From: Moniliella sp. 'wahieum'
Taxonomy: Eukaryota
NCBI GenBank assembly: GCA_003971905.1
Contig: RSEE01000015.1
Span: 248,001 to 312,000 of the forward strand
Length of the DNA stretch: 64,000 bases
Reading direction: 5' to 3'
Positions 50,699 to 62,830 of the stretch are shown piece after piece. The position numbers were made by a program, and so were the translations under genes. Positions within the stretch are counted from its first letter, which is position 1, and each line of letters starts with the position of its first letter. The notes beneath the pieces were generated by a model. It had not been told where the DNA came from, searched no databases, and saw nothing but the letters and a program-made list of their open reading frames with translations.

Positions 50699-50966
50699 GG
50701 TGGTGGTGAGGGGGATGGTGGTGGGTGGCCGAGGTCCGAGGCCAGAGGTCAGATCTTCAGAAGAAAGACTGGCCACGTGGTTTTTTGAAGCAAGCACAGA
50801 TAACGCGCAACGCATGCACCACCCCTTGCACAAAATTTGAAATTGTAACCCGAGGCGGAACCCCCAGGACCATTCCGCCTGGCTGTACCCCATCGATGCC
50901 AAACCCGGCCAGGTCACCGCAAAGCCAGAAGACACCACCAACGCTCACAGCAACGACCCATCAACC

Positions 50967-52622
50967 ATGGACGATGACGACGCATTTCTCTACGGCGATG
51001 ACGCTGCGCCGATGCCAACGGATCTACCCCTGGCGTAGCGGCAGCGGGAGCGCCCAACCTGCAACGGCCACGGACCCAACGTCCGGAACAGCACCTTCTC
51101 CCGCTGGGGATGGCGGCAGTAGCGCGATGAGGAGAGCAGCGATGAGTCGAGCGATGAGGATCTTGAGATTGTGATGGACGCGCCTGATGTGGCCGCTTCC
51201 GAGAAGCCCTCCGGACACTCGTTCCTTCCAACAATGAGCCAATTCAGCCCATTTGCTCCGAGCTCACATCCTGGTGCGGCGTCTCCCGCTGGCGCCGCCA
51301 CACACGCGACCAAACAGCCCAGTAAGTCATGCGTTTCCTCTTGCCGCGCATCGCTCGTTTTCCTTTTTTTGCTCTGCCCTCTGTGCATGAGGAGGTGAGG
51401 TGACCTCTCCTGCTGCTGGCCTGTATGGCCATGGCTGCTGACCAATGCATTCTGCCTTGCTCGCTTGGCTCCATGCCTTTCTCACAGCTGAATCGGCCAG
51501 TCTACGTCGGATTACACGCCTCTCCCCCGCTCGTCGGCGGGGGTGTACATCCCCCAAGCTGCACCGGACGATGGGCTGGTGCACACCTGCCCGAAGGAGC
51601 CGAGGGTCCACCGCTCATGCACCAGCGACAGCCCGACGCTGCGCATGTCCCACCATGGCGGATCTGCAAGTGTCCGACATGGATTTGCCCGGTGGTGGTC
51701 CTGGGCCAAGGGGGGCAAGTTTGGCCGGACCAAACTTGTACCACTTGGATCCCGCCTCAATGGCGTCTAAACCCTGGCGTCGCCCGGGGCTGACTTGACC
51801 GATTGGTTCAACTATGGGTTTGACGAGGACAGCTGGGCTCGCTGGGCTACTCATCAACGCCAAGTCATGGCCGAGAAGGAGGACATGGAGAGCCAAGCGG
51901 CCAACGAGGGACTGTATGCCAACTTTGATCCGGCCATGGGCATGCTGCCAGGCATGAACCCAGACCAAATCATTGCCACCATGCCGGCCCCTTGCAGCGC
52001 AGATCAATCAACAATTGGCTGCCATGCAACAACAGATGCTCCATGCCCAGATGGGCATGGGGGCAGCCTATCGAATGCGGCAGCGCCAGGGGTTCCTCCA
52101 CCTCGTCCACCGGCACCTTACCTCTCGGGCCCGGCCGGCATCCCAACAGTCCTCATGGTACGCCCGGGCCTGATGCGGGCGCGATGCCTGCCATTCACAT
52201 TGGTCGCGGCCCTCCCGGATCGGCTCCGCCTGTTGTTCGTCCTACGATGAGGAAGGTGAGGGAATGGAGCCCCCGCCGGCAAGGAAGATGGCAAGGAAGG
52301 CAATCAACCTCGGCCGCGAGACCCACGCGCGCGTTCGACCGCCGCGGGCGGTGGAGCGCACCCTTCCCATCGTCCGTCTCGTACCTCCGTCGCAAAAACC
52401 GTCACGAGCTGGACCACTTTGATGGCGAGTCGGGCTCAGGATGGATTACTCTTACTCGCATGACGACCAGTCTGCCGCGGCGTCTCATCAGGACCGATCC
52501 TTGGGCCGTGACCGACGCCGATCCGCAAGCCCCGACCAGCCCTCTGTTACGATTCAGCGCGATTACGATCGTCATGATCGCCAGGAGCGCGATCGCCCCC
52601 GACCGCGGCGGCAGTAACTAGT
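50967..52622 (+). CDS. FIP1: Pre-mRNA polyadenylation factor Fip1; spliced, frameshifted, end approximate
   Basis: The acidic start is MDDDDAFLYGDD. An intron lies at 51322-51487. The Fip1 motif 'KPWRRPG(A)DLTDWFNYGFDEDSWARW' is followed by a Pro- and Arg/Asp-rich tail. Confidence 0.92.
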
Positions 52623-52799
52623 AACGCTTCTCCCTCAAGTCTCCTTCGCGGATCTAGGTAGTGAGCGCCACAAATCATGTATGGTTCTGGTTCCGAGTTC
52701 TGCTTCCGACCCGTCTTCTAGCACTATATCAGGATCTTGCCCCCCTACAGAGTATGCAGCAGGACGGGAATCATTGCAGGAAAAGGAGACTGACATGGG

Positions 52800-55506
52800 T
52801 CAGATCTCAGAGTTGAAAGAGGCAAGTGAGAGCGACGAGTAAAGGGGTAAGGTCAAGTTGTCGTTTGCTCCGACACTCCTTCGAGCAAGCCCAAAGCAGA
52901 AGCTGTCGCCACCCAAGAGAGCCAGGACCAATGGGTCGAGGGAGCAAGGGAGTGGATCAGGCCGCCAGAAAGTGCAAGGGTCAATAAAGGCTATCGTCCC
53001 TTCGACAGTTTTGCGCGACTGCGGCCAACGGGTCCGGCCCCACCGCTTCCCCACCCCGCTAGCCGCAGCATCAGCCACGCCAAGGGCAAGCGCGGCAGAC
53101 GAGCGAGCCAAGGCGGAGGGCCGTGCTTCGAGCCAAAGCGGCGGGCGCATCCGAACAAGAGATAAAAGGGCGAAAGCAGGACGGGCCCTGTATCCTTATT
53201 ATCGGTGAACCGGGTGAGAAAGACGTGGAGCGGCGCACCCAAGGATAAAGAGCAAAGAAGCGCGTATACTGCACAAGATAAAAAGCGAAAAAGCCAGTCC
53301 GAGTGCCAGGTGGACAAAGACAGGCTGCAAAGTGTCAGAACGGAGACGACGCAACCAAGCTGAATGAATGATGGAATACGTACATCGACAACAAAGCCGG
53401 GCACAAGAGAAGGATGGCGAGAAAGTGGAAGAACTTGCGCTTCGCATTGAGGGAAAGCACAGGCGGGTATCGTTTGGTCGTTAGAGAACCAGAAGGAAGT
53501 GTGGAACTGGGCGGGGGGACGGAAGGGGTACGCCCCGCAGGCGCCAGCCTCGTCCGGAAGGAGGGCTAGGCAAGGCAGAGATGCCTAGGAGCACCAGACA
53601 TATCAGCAGGTGTGTGAGGGGAGACAACATCAACGATCAAGTCATCATTAGGTGTGATGGCCGGATCTGGAAACGTCTGGTTGACTCACATGATCGGATG
53701 CAATTGGTGCACCGCTGGGCGTGGTGTTTCCGGCGCTGACGAGTCGGGTTCTGTATCAGAACTGTTACCATGAGATAATGGTACAGGCCCTGATCCTGCC
53801 GACAAATTTGCGTCGACCCCTTTGGCCAATTAACGCCCCCGCTCCTTCCGCTAGCGGAGCCAGCCAGTCGAGGCCGCGTGTTGAACGAGCGACGCGGTTT
53901 GGGCTTAGGCGCAAGACGTGACATTGCACGCTTTTGCAGTGCTCGCAATGGGCCAAAACACCTAGCGGCCGAAAAGGATGGGGGGTGTCAGGAAAGAAGA
54001 GAGGAGGATGCACTGGATGAAAGAATTGCCTTCAGAAGAGAATCCTCCATTCCCACCACACAAAAGGCGATTGCTGCGGACAGACACACTGCCCACCAAG
54101 CGTCAAACGGATATGGGGGTTGAGGACCAATCGCCTCAAGGGATCGAGTTGGGGGTGTTGAAAGCGTTTCCAGGTTGAGCCCAAAACGGATAGCCCAAAC
54201 CCAAGGATTGGCATGCAAAAACCATTGGACCCAGGCCCAAGAATACCACGATAAAGATGAATGAGAGTGTGCAAAGCGAGATGGAAAGCAGCTGCGTTGT
54301 GGGACGCAGTCTGGCCACCTCAGTCGGTGAATTGACGTCGGGCCAGGGAGCGAGAGAGCCAAGGAGAGGTGAGGTAAGAAGAAGCGAGGGAGAATGTACC
54401 GACAATAGCGCAAGTTGGTAGATGAGCAGGCATTGGGAGGACGCATGGTAGAGGGATGGGGTTGTGGATCAGTTTGGCAACCATCAGGTTGAATGCCTCG
54501 ACCACGAGCATAGTTCCACCAGTGACGGAGATGATGAGCTCGGCGTATGTAAAGTTGCGTCTGCCAAGGAGAAAGCGTCACAAGCAGCGACACTTGGTAC
54601 ACGACCGTTGTGTCACGAACACCTCCCACACAGCCAAGACACTGTGGATGCGCTTGCCGTGCCCGGCAACAGAAACCCCAGGTGCTTAGCAAGCCCGCGG
54701 GAGCAGCAAGAGACGAGCATCAGAGTGACTGCGAGGTAAAAGAGGGCCACATTGCGGGCACGTACGAGGCCATTGCGGGAAAAGACCCAGGAGTGGGGGA
54801 CGATGCGTACAGCAAAGAGATGTGTGACGTTGATGATGAAGATGAGCTGTTGACCGCCGACATGGCCAGCGGGCCGAACTGAGAGGACCGAGTCCGGGGG
54901 AAAAAGCTGTGGTGGCTCAGACGGAAGTGGAGCCTGACCCAGAGGCCAGGGAGGGAGTTGCCAATGCCCCACCGCAGAGGGGCCTCTCCCCTGGCCTCTG
55001 CTTGCTCGGCCCGATAGGCATCGAGCAGACAAGCTGCTGAGACGAGCGGACAAAAGAGCAAGCCAGGCGTCAGGCCCTGGTCCTGGACGAGGCGCAGATA
55101 ACGCTCCGAGCGCACGCCCCACAAGAGGCAAGCATCTGCCTGTTTTGGCGCAGACGCGGGCGGGGACGAGGCCGAAGCGGAGGCGGCGGCAGGCTGATCT
55201 GGATGTGAGCCAGAGGTGAGACGGGAGGGAGTGATGGGCGCGAGCGGAAGGGCAGGTGCTGGTCTGGCTCCTCGTGGGGTAGGGCAAATGGCGACTGATC
55301 CAGACTAGAATGGGGGGTGCGGCGACGGCGACGAGGGTCTGCTTAAACGAGAGCGGAGGCGGGGCGCTGCAGTGCGGGAACGGCAGTGGCGCAGAGGGCG
55401 AGGGCAAGAGCGAAGGCGGCAGCAACAAGGAGTGCGATCTCAACAGTGCGGTTGGGGTTGGGCGAACGAGAAGACGGTTGAATGCAGACAGCAAAGGTCG
55501 GCGCAT
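52800..55506 (-). CDS. SEC59: Dolichol kinase; frameshifted, ends approximate
   Basis: Motifs are 'NARRKFFH' (about 53430-53450, with an indel), 'FLTRFTDNKDTGPVLLSPFYLLFGCA', 'LGVADAAASGVGKRWGRTRW..RKTVEGTIAF' and 'NDNLTLP'. There are many hydrophobic segments. Confidence 0.9.
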
Positions 55507-56262
55507 CGCGGCTGTCCAAGCTCCGACGAGCAGCACGGCAAACAAGGCGGACGAGCGACAAGAGAGGGCAGGGAAAGAGAAGAGAGATGGTGGGGACGAG
55601 GGGGTGTGCATGTACGCTGGGACTGGGCCGCCAGGAGGCCCTCTGACGCGGGCGGTGCCAGGGGAGTAGTAGGTAAGCGGCGCTAGACCCGGCCGCCGCG
55701 ACACAGCACACAAACGAAAGCGTGGGTAGTTGTCTGCTGCTGCTAACGCCAACTAGGCATTCGTCACACAGCCTCCGCTTCTGGGCCAGCGCGAGCCCAG
55801 CGCACAGCACAAGTGCCGCCACGTGCCATGGCCCCGTGCCCCACCGCAGCTCGCCGCACGAGGGGAAGGCAGCGCAAGTAACCCTACTGGCTGCTACTGT
55901 GCCCCCCTGGCTGCGCACAGGCGCTGATTGATAGTCGGTGAGCAATATTCAATCGTGGCCTGCCGAGGGTGCAAGCGAACTAACTCTATGGTCTGCAGGC
56001 TGCCCCTGGCTACCATGGCCACGAGCTTGATTCAGCCTCGCCAGAGGCCCACCCACAAGTACAGAGAGTGTCGACGTGAGATGATCGTCGTGGATGGTCG
56101 AGTACGCGGTGGGACTGCGATTAGGTCGGCCAACGGACGGTGGCATGACAGGACATATAGACAAACAGCAGGCCCGAGAAGGAGAAGCGGGAGTGGTGGT
56201 GCAGCGGTGCAGGGTGCAGCGCTGGGGCGGTGGGGCGGTGGAATGCAGTGGCGCGCAGGCTG

Positions 56263-58623
56263 TTACGCAGAGGAGGCCGGCGCCGGACGGACCACCTTGG
56301 CGTCCGAAGGCAGCCCGATACGATACTTGGCCGCGAGTGGGATGTGGTCCGAGGGGAAGTGTGCATCGGGGAAGCCGACGCACCTTGTTGCATACTCCTC
56401 GTCCACAGGTCCTAGCAACGCAGTGGGCTCCACCGTGTCGGTGCTGTAAAACAGGTATTCAAGCACCCCCACAAAGCCTGGGGTGAAGTTGGTAAACGGC
56501 AGCTCCCCAACCGCGCCGTAGCTGCTCTTGAGCGGAAGCCCATGTTGCAGCCCTTTACCCGTCACATCACCATAGGTTTTGTCCAAAAAGTCCTCATGCT
56601 GGCCGGACAACAGACCACTGGAGAGGAACTCAAACACACCACTGCTCGGCTCCGAGTTGAAATCGCCACAGAGGATGGTGGGTACGGCATTGCCATCGGC
56701 ATACGTCGGCGCAACCGCACCAGCTGGGAGAGTGACATCCGTCTTGCGCTTACAGAACACCTTGCCCGCTCTCTGCAGCTCGTCCATCAGCATCGCAGCC
56801 TGAACCAGCTTAACGTCGGAATAGGCCGGGTCCCAGTGCAAGTGAGTGTTGGCCACAATGAGCTTGGCCCCCGTGTCGCGGTACTCAAAAGCAGATGACG
56901 CCAACTTGGTCGCGGGGCATGACACGGTTGTAGACGTCCTCACTCGCACGGAAGTCGGCCCGTTGGAGGCACGCTTGGCCATACTCAATCACGAACTTGT
57001 CCACCATATGGAACTTGGCCCGTTTGTAAAAGACAGCGCACCCATCCACCCGACGCTTCTCTTCGTCACGCATCGTCTTGATTCGGGACTTGGCATAGTA
57101 CACCCCAGCATAGCCATACGTGTGCAACAACGGTGCGAAAAACTCGTCGTATTGCTGCATCCCGACCTCTTGGAGACACACCATGTCCGCCCCCAGCTGT
57201 TGGATCTCCTTGGCAATGATCTCCTTGCGGTAGTCCCATTGCAGAGCCCACGAGGGTGTGTAGCCAAAGATGGCTTCCGTCGCCAACTTGTCCGCCAAAA
57301 CATTGTAGCCCATCACACTCAACGTCTCGCTTCGGTCGTCGGGCTCATCCAACGAGAAATGGCCTCCTCATCTTGGTCCTCGTTCCCCTCAGCCTCCGAC
57401 GTCAAGTTGATCCACTTTCGCTTGGCCGGCTCAGGCAAGGTGGGACTCTTGTCCCGAAGGGCATGGATGAGAGCAACCGTTCCATTCTGCTGGATCTCTG
57501 CGAGCTGCTCCAAGTCGAGCGGGTTGCCCTCGATCCCCAACATCTCAAGCTGGTACAGCATTCCCAACTGAGGGGCAGAACTGATTGCGTTGTCAAACAA
57601 GTACAGCTCCCTCAGCCCCGGCAGGAGACCCAGCTCGGGAGGAAGGAGTGTCAATCGGTTTTGCGATGCGTCAAGCACCTCGAGGTGCTGAGCTTGGCAA
57701 TCTCGGGAGTCAGCGCAGTCAAGTCGTTGTGATTAATGAAGAGGGACGTCAAAAAATCGTAGCGGAAGCTCCGGGGCCAAGGCACGAAGATGCATGCCCC
57801 AAATCGAGTTGGGTCCAAGACTGGTCTTCGTCCACCTCTCGAGGAGGAATCTTGCCAGGAATCGTGGCTCGTTTAGCTGGCGAACTGGCGGGTTCATCCG
57901 AACTCGGCATCGGCGTGGTCCCGGATGGCTTGATTGCCTCAAGACGAAGCCCATTGGCAGGAAGAAGTGCCTTGGACGCATCCACCACATTCGATGCGGT
58001 TCTTGCTGCCGTGGCAGCCGCACGAGCATGGTGATGCGGGGATCCGGATTGGCGAGAGATCTGAAACGGCCAAGGTGAGTGAGTATTAAGTTGACCTTAC
58101 AAATGCAGATGAGGAAACACATACGTCGGCACCCTTCTTCTGAGCCTTCCAGTGGGGCGAGTTGATCACCGCGGGGGACAAGGCGCTGTTGCCATTAGGT
58201 ACGTGGGAATGAGCGGGTGATTGGGTGGTGAGGAGACGGGAGAATTGAGCGGGGGAAGTTGCGGGCGCTGGAGTTGGCCGCAGAGGTGTGGACTGCAGCA
58301 TAGTTGACAGGAGATCCTGGGATGCCGTTGGTAGAAGAACCAACCAGGGAGGAGACGGAGGGATGCTGTTGGTGGCCGCTTTGACCGGCTAGCGTGCGCT
58401 GGGCAGGCCAGGCAGCAGCGTTACCCGAGTTGTTGGCACCAACATAGCGCGAATAGAGTCCGTTGGCACCCATGGTGCTCGAGGCATTTCCAGGTGCAGG
58501 ACCATGAGAATGAGGAAGGAATTGGCTGGCAACAGCAGCGGCCGCGGCCGAACCGTGCTGCTGGTTGAGGTAGGAGAGGAACGCAGCCTGGGGCGCGGGG
58601 CTTGCGGATGGGGAGGAGTACAT
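56263..58623 (-). CDS. CCR4: CCR4-NOT deadenylase subunit Ccr4 (LRR plus EEP nuclease); spliced, frameshifted
   Basis: A Q/H/S-rich N-terminus is followed by 'HWKAQ' and an intron at 58061-58124. LRRs include 'LDASQNRLTLLPPELG'. Nuclease motifs are 'YNVLAD', 'YTPSWALQWDYRKE', 'CLQEV', 'VDGCA', 'NTHLHWDP..DVKLVQ', 'CGDFNS' and 'FPSDH'. Confidence 0.96.
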
Positions 58624-59697
58624 CAGATGGGAGAGATTGGGGGCTCAGCACAAGAAGGGGTGCGATGAGAAAGCAGGCGACGAAGGCGGAGGAGCAAAAG
58701 ACACGAAAGATAAAACAAGCTTGGGTCGGCGGGCCGAGTCAGGCATCGCTCCAGCCAAGGGGGAGGGCGGGGGCGGGGGGAGGGCGGCAGCGGCGGGGGC
58801 TGTAGCAGGTGGGGCCGGAGGGCGGGGGGGCAGAAGCAGTGTGGTGGTGGTGGTGTATGGGCAGAGGGAAAGGCAGCCAGACAGTGGGTGGGACGCGGGG
58901 ATGGTGGGGATGAGGGTGGAGGCGGCGGCGGTGGCGATGGCGCCCGCACCGACACGGGGGCTGGCGATGGGCGATGAATCGATGACGGCTGCTGGAGCAT
59001 CGCAAGCCATGGCTGGCCGCCACGAACACTCGCCTCCTGCCTGGCATCCAGCCTGGGTGGCGTTCCGCCAGCCGGTGCATCTGCCACATTCCGCCCAGAC
59101 AGGCCCAGCCCCGGTCGCGCCACGACGGCCTTCAGGCGTGGGACCGTTCTCAGGCGTTCCATTGCCCTCCCATCACGTGATGATCCATCGAGGCTCGCTC
59201 AGAGCAGGTCACCTGCCACGAGAGCATCCATCGCCCATCACTGATTCCCGGCTTCCCTATGATACTCGCTGCACCAATGCAATCGGTCTTCTAACCTCAG
59301 GCTCTTCCATCCGTCCCGTTGCAGGCTGCCCCATCCCATCAGCAGCCATGCCGCCAAGCAGCCAACATCTGTAGCCGTCGCCACACATGCGCCGCGGATG
59401 GCCTCAGTCAGGCCACCCAATGGCGTCAGCTGGGCAGTCCAACTCACAGGGCATGTGCCCTGCTGGGAGCGCCGAGTCAGCAGCACACACGCATCGGCCA
59501 CTGGCGCGCGCAATCGCCAGCGCCACTCGCATCTGGTCGATGGGAAAGGGTTAGCTGGCCAATGCCGAGAGATTGGTATATGGTAAGGCGCGTCAAAGAC
59601 CAACCCAGCCCTCCCTCTGCTCTGGCAACAGAGCACCGCCTGAGGGTCCAGCCTGCTCTTCCTCGCGTCCCGCAGCGACCATTATGGGGTCCGCGTT

Positions 59698-62445
59698 CAA
59701 ACGTGGTGAAGGAGGCCTGGGACGTACTCACCGAGTACGTCGACCGCCCATCCGTCCAAGTCCAGCCCCTGCCCTCGACTCCGCTCGGTCCCACCCCATC
59801 GTACTCGGCGTCCAAGCGATCAATCGGGTTTAGGGTTAGGGGCGCTGCATACGCTTGGCTGTACACCGAACCTGTGTCGTCCTCCGTGTCGGCCAGGCTG
59901 GCGGCAGCGCATATTTGCGTCGATAAGTGGCGCTATAGGCAGGCCCATGTATCTGGTGATGCGTTGGCTCGACGTAAGAGCCTGCAAGCGAAGATATGCC
60001 CAACCCTGCTGTCGATGCGTAGGGGGGGAAATGCGCCGACGGATAGCCCTGCGTGTTGAGCGAGGCGATCGACTGCGTGTCAAACTCACTCCCCCCGTGC
60101 TGGGCGGGCCCATAGCAAAGCTCGGCGGGTAGCTGGGCACGGCAAATGACGAAGGAGCTCCATTGGGCATCCCATAGGAAGAGGGAACTCCCACGCTGCT
60201 GCCAGTCTGCATACCAGGATGGGCCGAGCGATCGCACTCCACTTCATGACGGTACCGCGCCATCAAGTCGCCGGGTTGTTGGAGCCGCCGACGCGGGCAA
60301 GTAAATTGAATCATACTTGGCTGCAGGTTGGACACACTCCCTCGACCAGGAGTCCCTGTGCCTTAAAGTGTTGAAGGAGATGATACCACAGCGGATGCTT
60401 AGAGAGCACCTTGGGATTCCCCAGGATCACCAACCCATACTTCGCTCGTGTCAGCGCTACGTTCAGACGCCGCGGATCCGATAAGAAGCCAATGCCCTGG
60501 TGATCGTTACTCCTCACGCACGACAGAATAATATAATCCTTCTCGCGCTCCTGAAACGCGTCGAAGGACGCCACCTCGACTTCCTTGTAGAGTTCCTTCT
60601 TGAGCTTACCATGCAGTTGCATATGGTTGACCACGTACGACCGCTGGCCCTCATACGGCGTCACGACCGCAATTTGGTCTGGAGTTACGCCGGATCGGAA
60701 AAACTGGGTGATAATCTTTTCGACGTTGCTCGCCTCGGTTCGGTTCAGGAACGAAGTACCTGATGAAGAGATTTCCTCCTGTCCCAGATTGGAGAAGAAG
60801 AACATAGGCAATGAAGGATTGGGCCAGGGAAAGTTGACGTTCTTGCGCACCCGCTCTGGAGCAGTCACCCCGTTTTGTAACGTGCCCTCGTAAAACATGT
60901 TGGACGGAAAGTCAGACAAGCAAGGGTGCATTCGGGACTGGACCTGCAGCCGAATCGGCTTGTTGCCCAGTATAAGCAGACGCTCAAACAGCGACTGGGT
61001 CAACCCTGCCCGGGCAGCCTTTTTGTTCATAATCACCGGCCCCAACTGGAGATGGTCCCCAACAACAACCTGCTTGCAACCAAACACGAGTGGGATCATG
61101 CACTCGGGTTCGGCTGCTTGGGTCGCCTCGTCTACCAATACGGTGCGGAACTTGAGCTTGCTCAACCGAGGATCTCCCGTCCCAACACAGTACAGATGAC
61201 ATCAGCGGCATGAAGCAGTTGCCGTTCACAGGCACGTGTCAGCGATTTGTACTTGTGCTCGTCGGAGCTCGACAGCTCGCCTTGTTCGTTTTTGAGCTGG
61301 ATCAGCTTTTGCAGCTCGGCATGACCCTCATTGTGCGCAACCTGTTCGTGGAGGGTCAAAAAGGATATTGGACTATCCAGTCCTTCACGACTCTTGGCCG
61401 CCAAGCGCACCACTTTGAGACCGGTCTTGTGAATCTTCTCCGTTAGTTGGTCCACGGCCACGTTCGAAGGCGCCACAACCAGCACTGGTCCAGGGTTCAT
61501 CCGGCTCAAATGATACACGATGGTCGCACTCGTCACTGTCTTCCCCGTACCAGGAGGTCCTTGGATTAAGGACACAGGCCGTTGGAGAACCGACTTGACG
61601 GCAAACACCTGTCCGTGGTTAAGCTCGGGCAGACCAGGTACAGAGAAACGTTTAGGAAGAGCAGTTTGAAGAAAGACATTCTTCACTTCGTGGCCAAGGA
61701 GCTTGTGATAAATGAAGGCAGAGACGGACTGTTCATCCACGGCGAACGTTCTCATAGCGGTCTGCATGCGGTCGAATGAAGTGGATTTCCAGACAAACAT
61801 GACAGAGAAGCTCAATTGGCAGTGATCGGGTACCCCATCGAAGCGGCGCAGCTCGACCGCAACTTCGTCCGAGATGTCTAGCAGCCGGTTCATATGTCAG
61901 TCACCAGTCGCCCCCCACTGTTGCAAAGATGGAGAGAATACGCACTATCCGGGATCTTGATCACGTGGCCAAAAGGCCCTCCCAATTGGGTGCATTGCCT
62001 CCACGGTAAATGAGCTTCAGTTCATCACCCACGGCCAGGCGCACCTCGCCCGACTCAAGTTTGGGAAGCGACATCCATGCCACCTTTCGCATGTTGAGTC
62101 CTTGGTCCCAACGAATCTTCACATTTTCTTGGGTCTGCGACTCCTTCAATTTCTTGTCGTAATCAGCTTCGATTTTGACGAACGGGCCCAAGATGTTTTG
62201 ATACTGGAACGCATCCTCGTACCGCAGCAGAATCCCCGGCGGATCTTCATCCAACCCAGGCTTATCAATGTCCTCGAGCGTCGCCTTGGCATTTTCCTTC
62301 CATAGCTCTTCAAGGCGGTTGTTTTGGTGAAACGTGATTCCCTGCTTGGGAGCCTGCGCCATCTCAGCATCGGTAGGGGCCTTGACGAGCCACGTAAGGA
62401 AGGCCTTGTCCTCAATGAGCGGCGCCCAGCGAGATGTGTCCGAGC
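59698..62445 (-). CDS. UPF1: UPF1/NAM7 SF1 RNA helicase (nonsense-mediated decay); N-terminal CH domain not found
   Basis: Motifs are '[16 protein letters not shown]', '[29 protein letters not shown]', '[12 protein letters not shown]', Walker A '[10 protein letters not shown]', 'VDEATQA', 'GDHLQLGP', 'TPYEGQ' and '[13 protein letters not shown]'. An intron lies at 61878-61945. Confidence 0.95.
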
Positions 62446-62830
62446 GGCAAAGCCTCCATTCCCACGGTGGCCAAACCGGCCCAGATCGACGGATCGTGCG
62501 CCGTCGCGGCTCCACTTGTGGAGGTACGTTTCTCCTCCGTTCTGCTTGGCCATTGTTGATGAACGCCAGAGGTCCAACCGCAGTGTAGGCCGTGCCGTTA
62601 AAGACCAAAGAATACACACCCCCAATAGCACTGGCCAAGCGACGGTCATACTTGGCAATCAAGAAGAGAAGGCCACTGTTCAATGGAAGGGTTAGATCAG
62701 TCGACAGGAGGAGAGGAGAGTTGAAACATACCCTGAACGCAACATAAGGAGACGCGTGGGTTGGCCTTTGAAGAGCGCCCATGTCCTGCGACGAACATGT
62801 ATGCGCCCCAGTACCGACACAATGTCCATT
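62446..62830 (-). CDS. Fragment of an unrelated spliced gene, probably encoding a membrane protein, abutting UPF1
   Basis: A canonical 56-nt intron at 62676-62731 (GTATGT..CTAAC..CAG) joins '[15 protein letters not shown]' in frame to '[42 protein letters not shown]'. It has no resemblance to UPF1, and its start is uncertain. Confidence 0.45.

Noticed and set aside
1800..55506. Functional cluster of glycosylation and lipid genes (ALG9, GPI13, ISC1, AYR1-like SDR, SEC59)
   Set aside because: The genes are spread over more than 50 kb and interleaved with unrelated housekeeping genes, so this is not a cluster.
54613..59374. Long antisense or alternative-frame ORFs (e.g. 56846-57571 +, 58637-59374 +, 54613-55752 -)
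   Set aside because: These are shadow ORFs expected in GC-rich DNA, either overlapping SEC59/CCR4 or in low-complexity leader sequence. They have no protein-like motifs.
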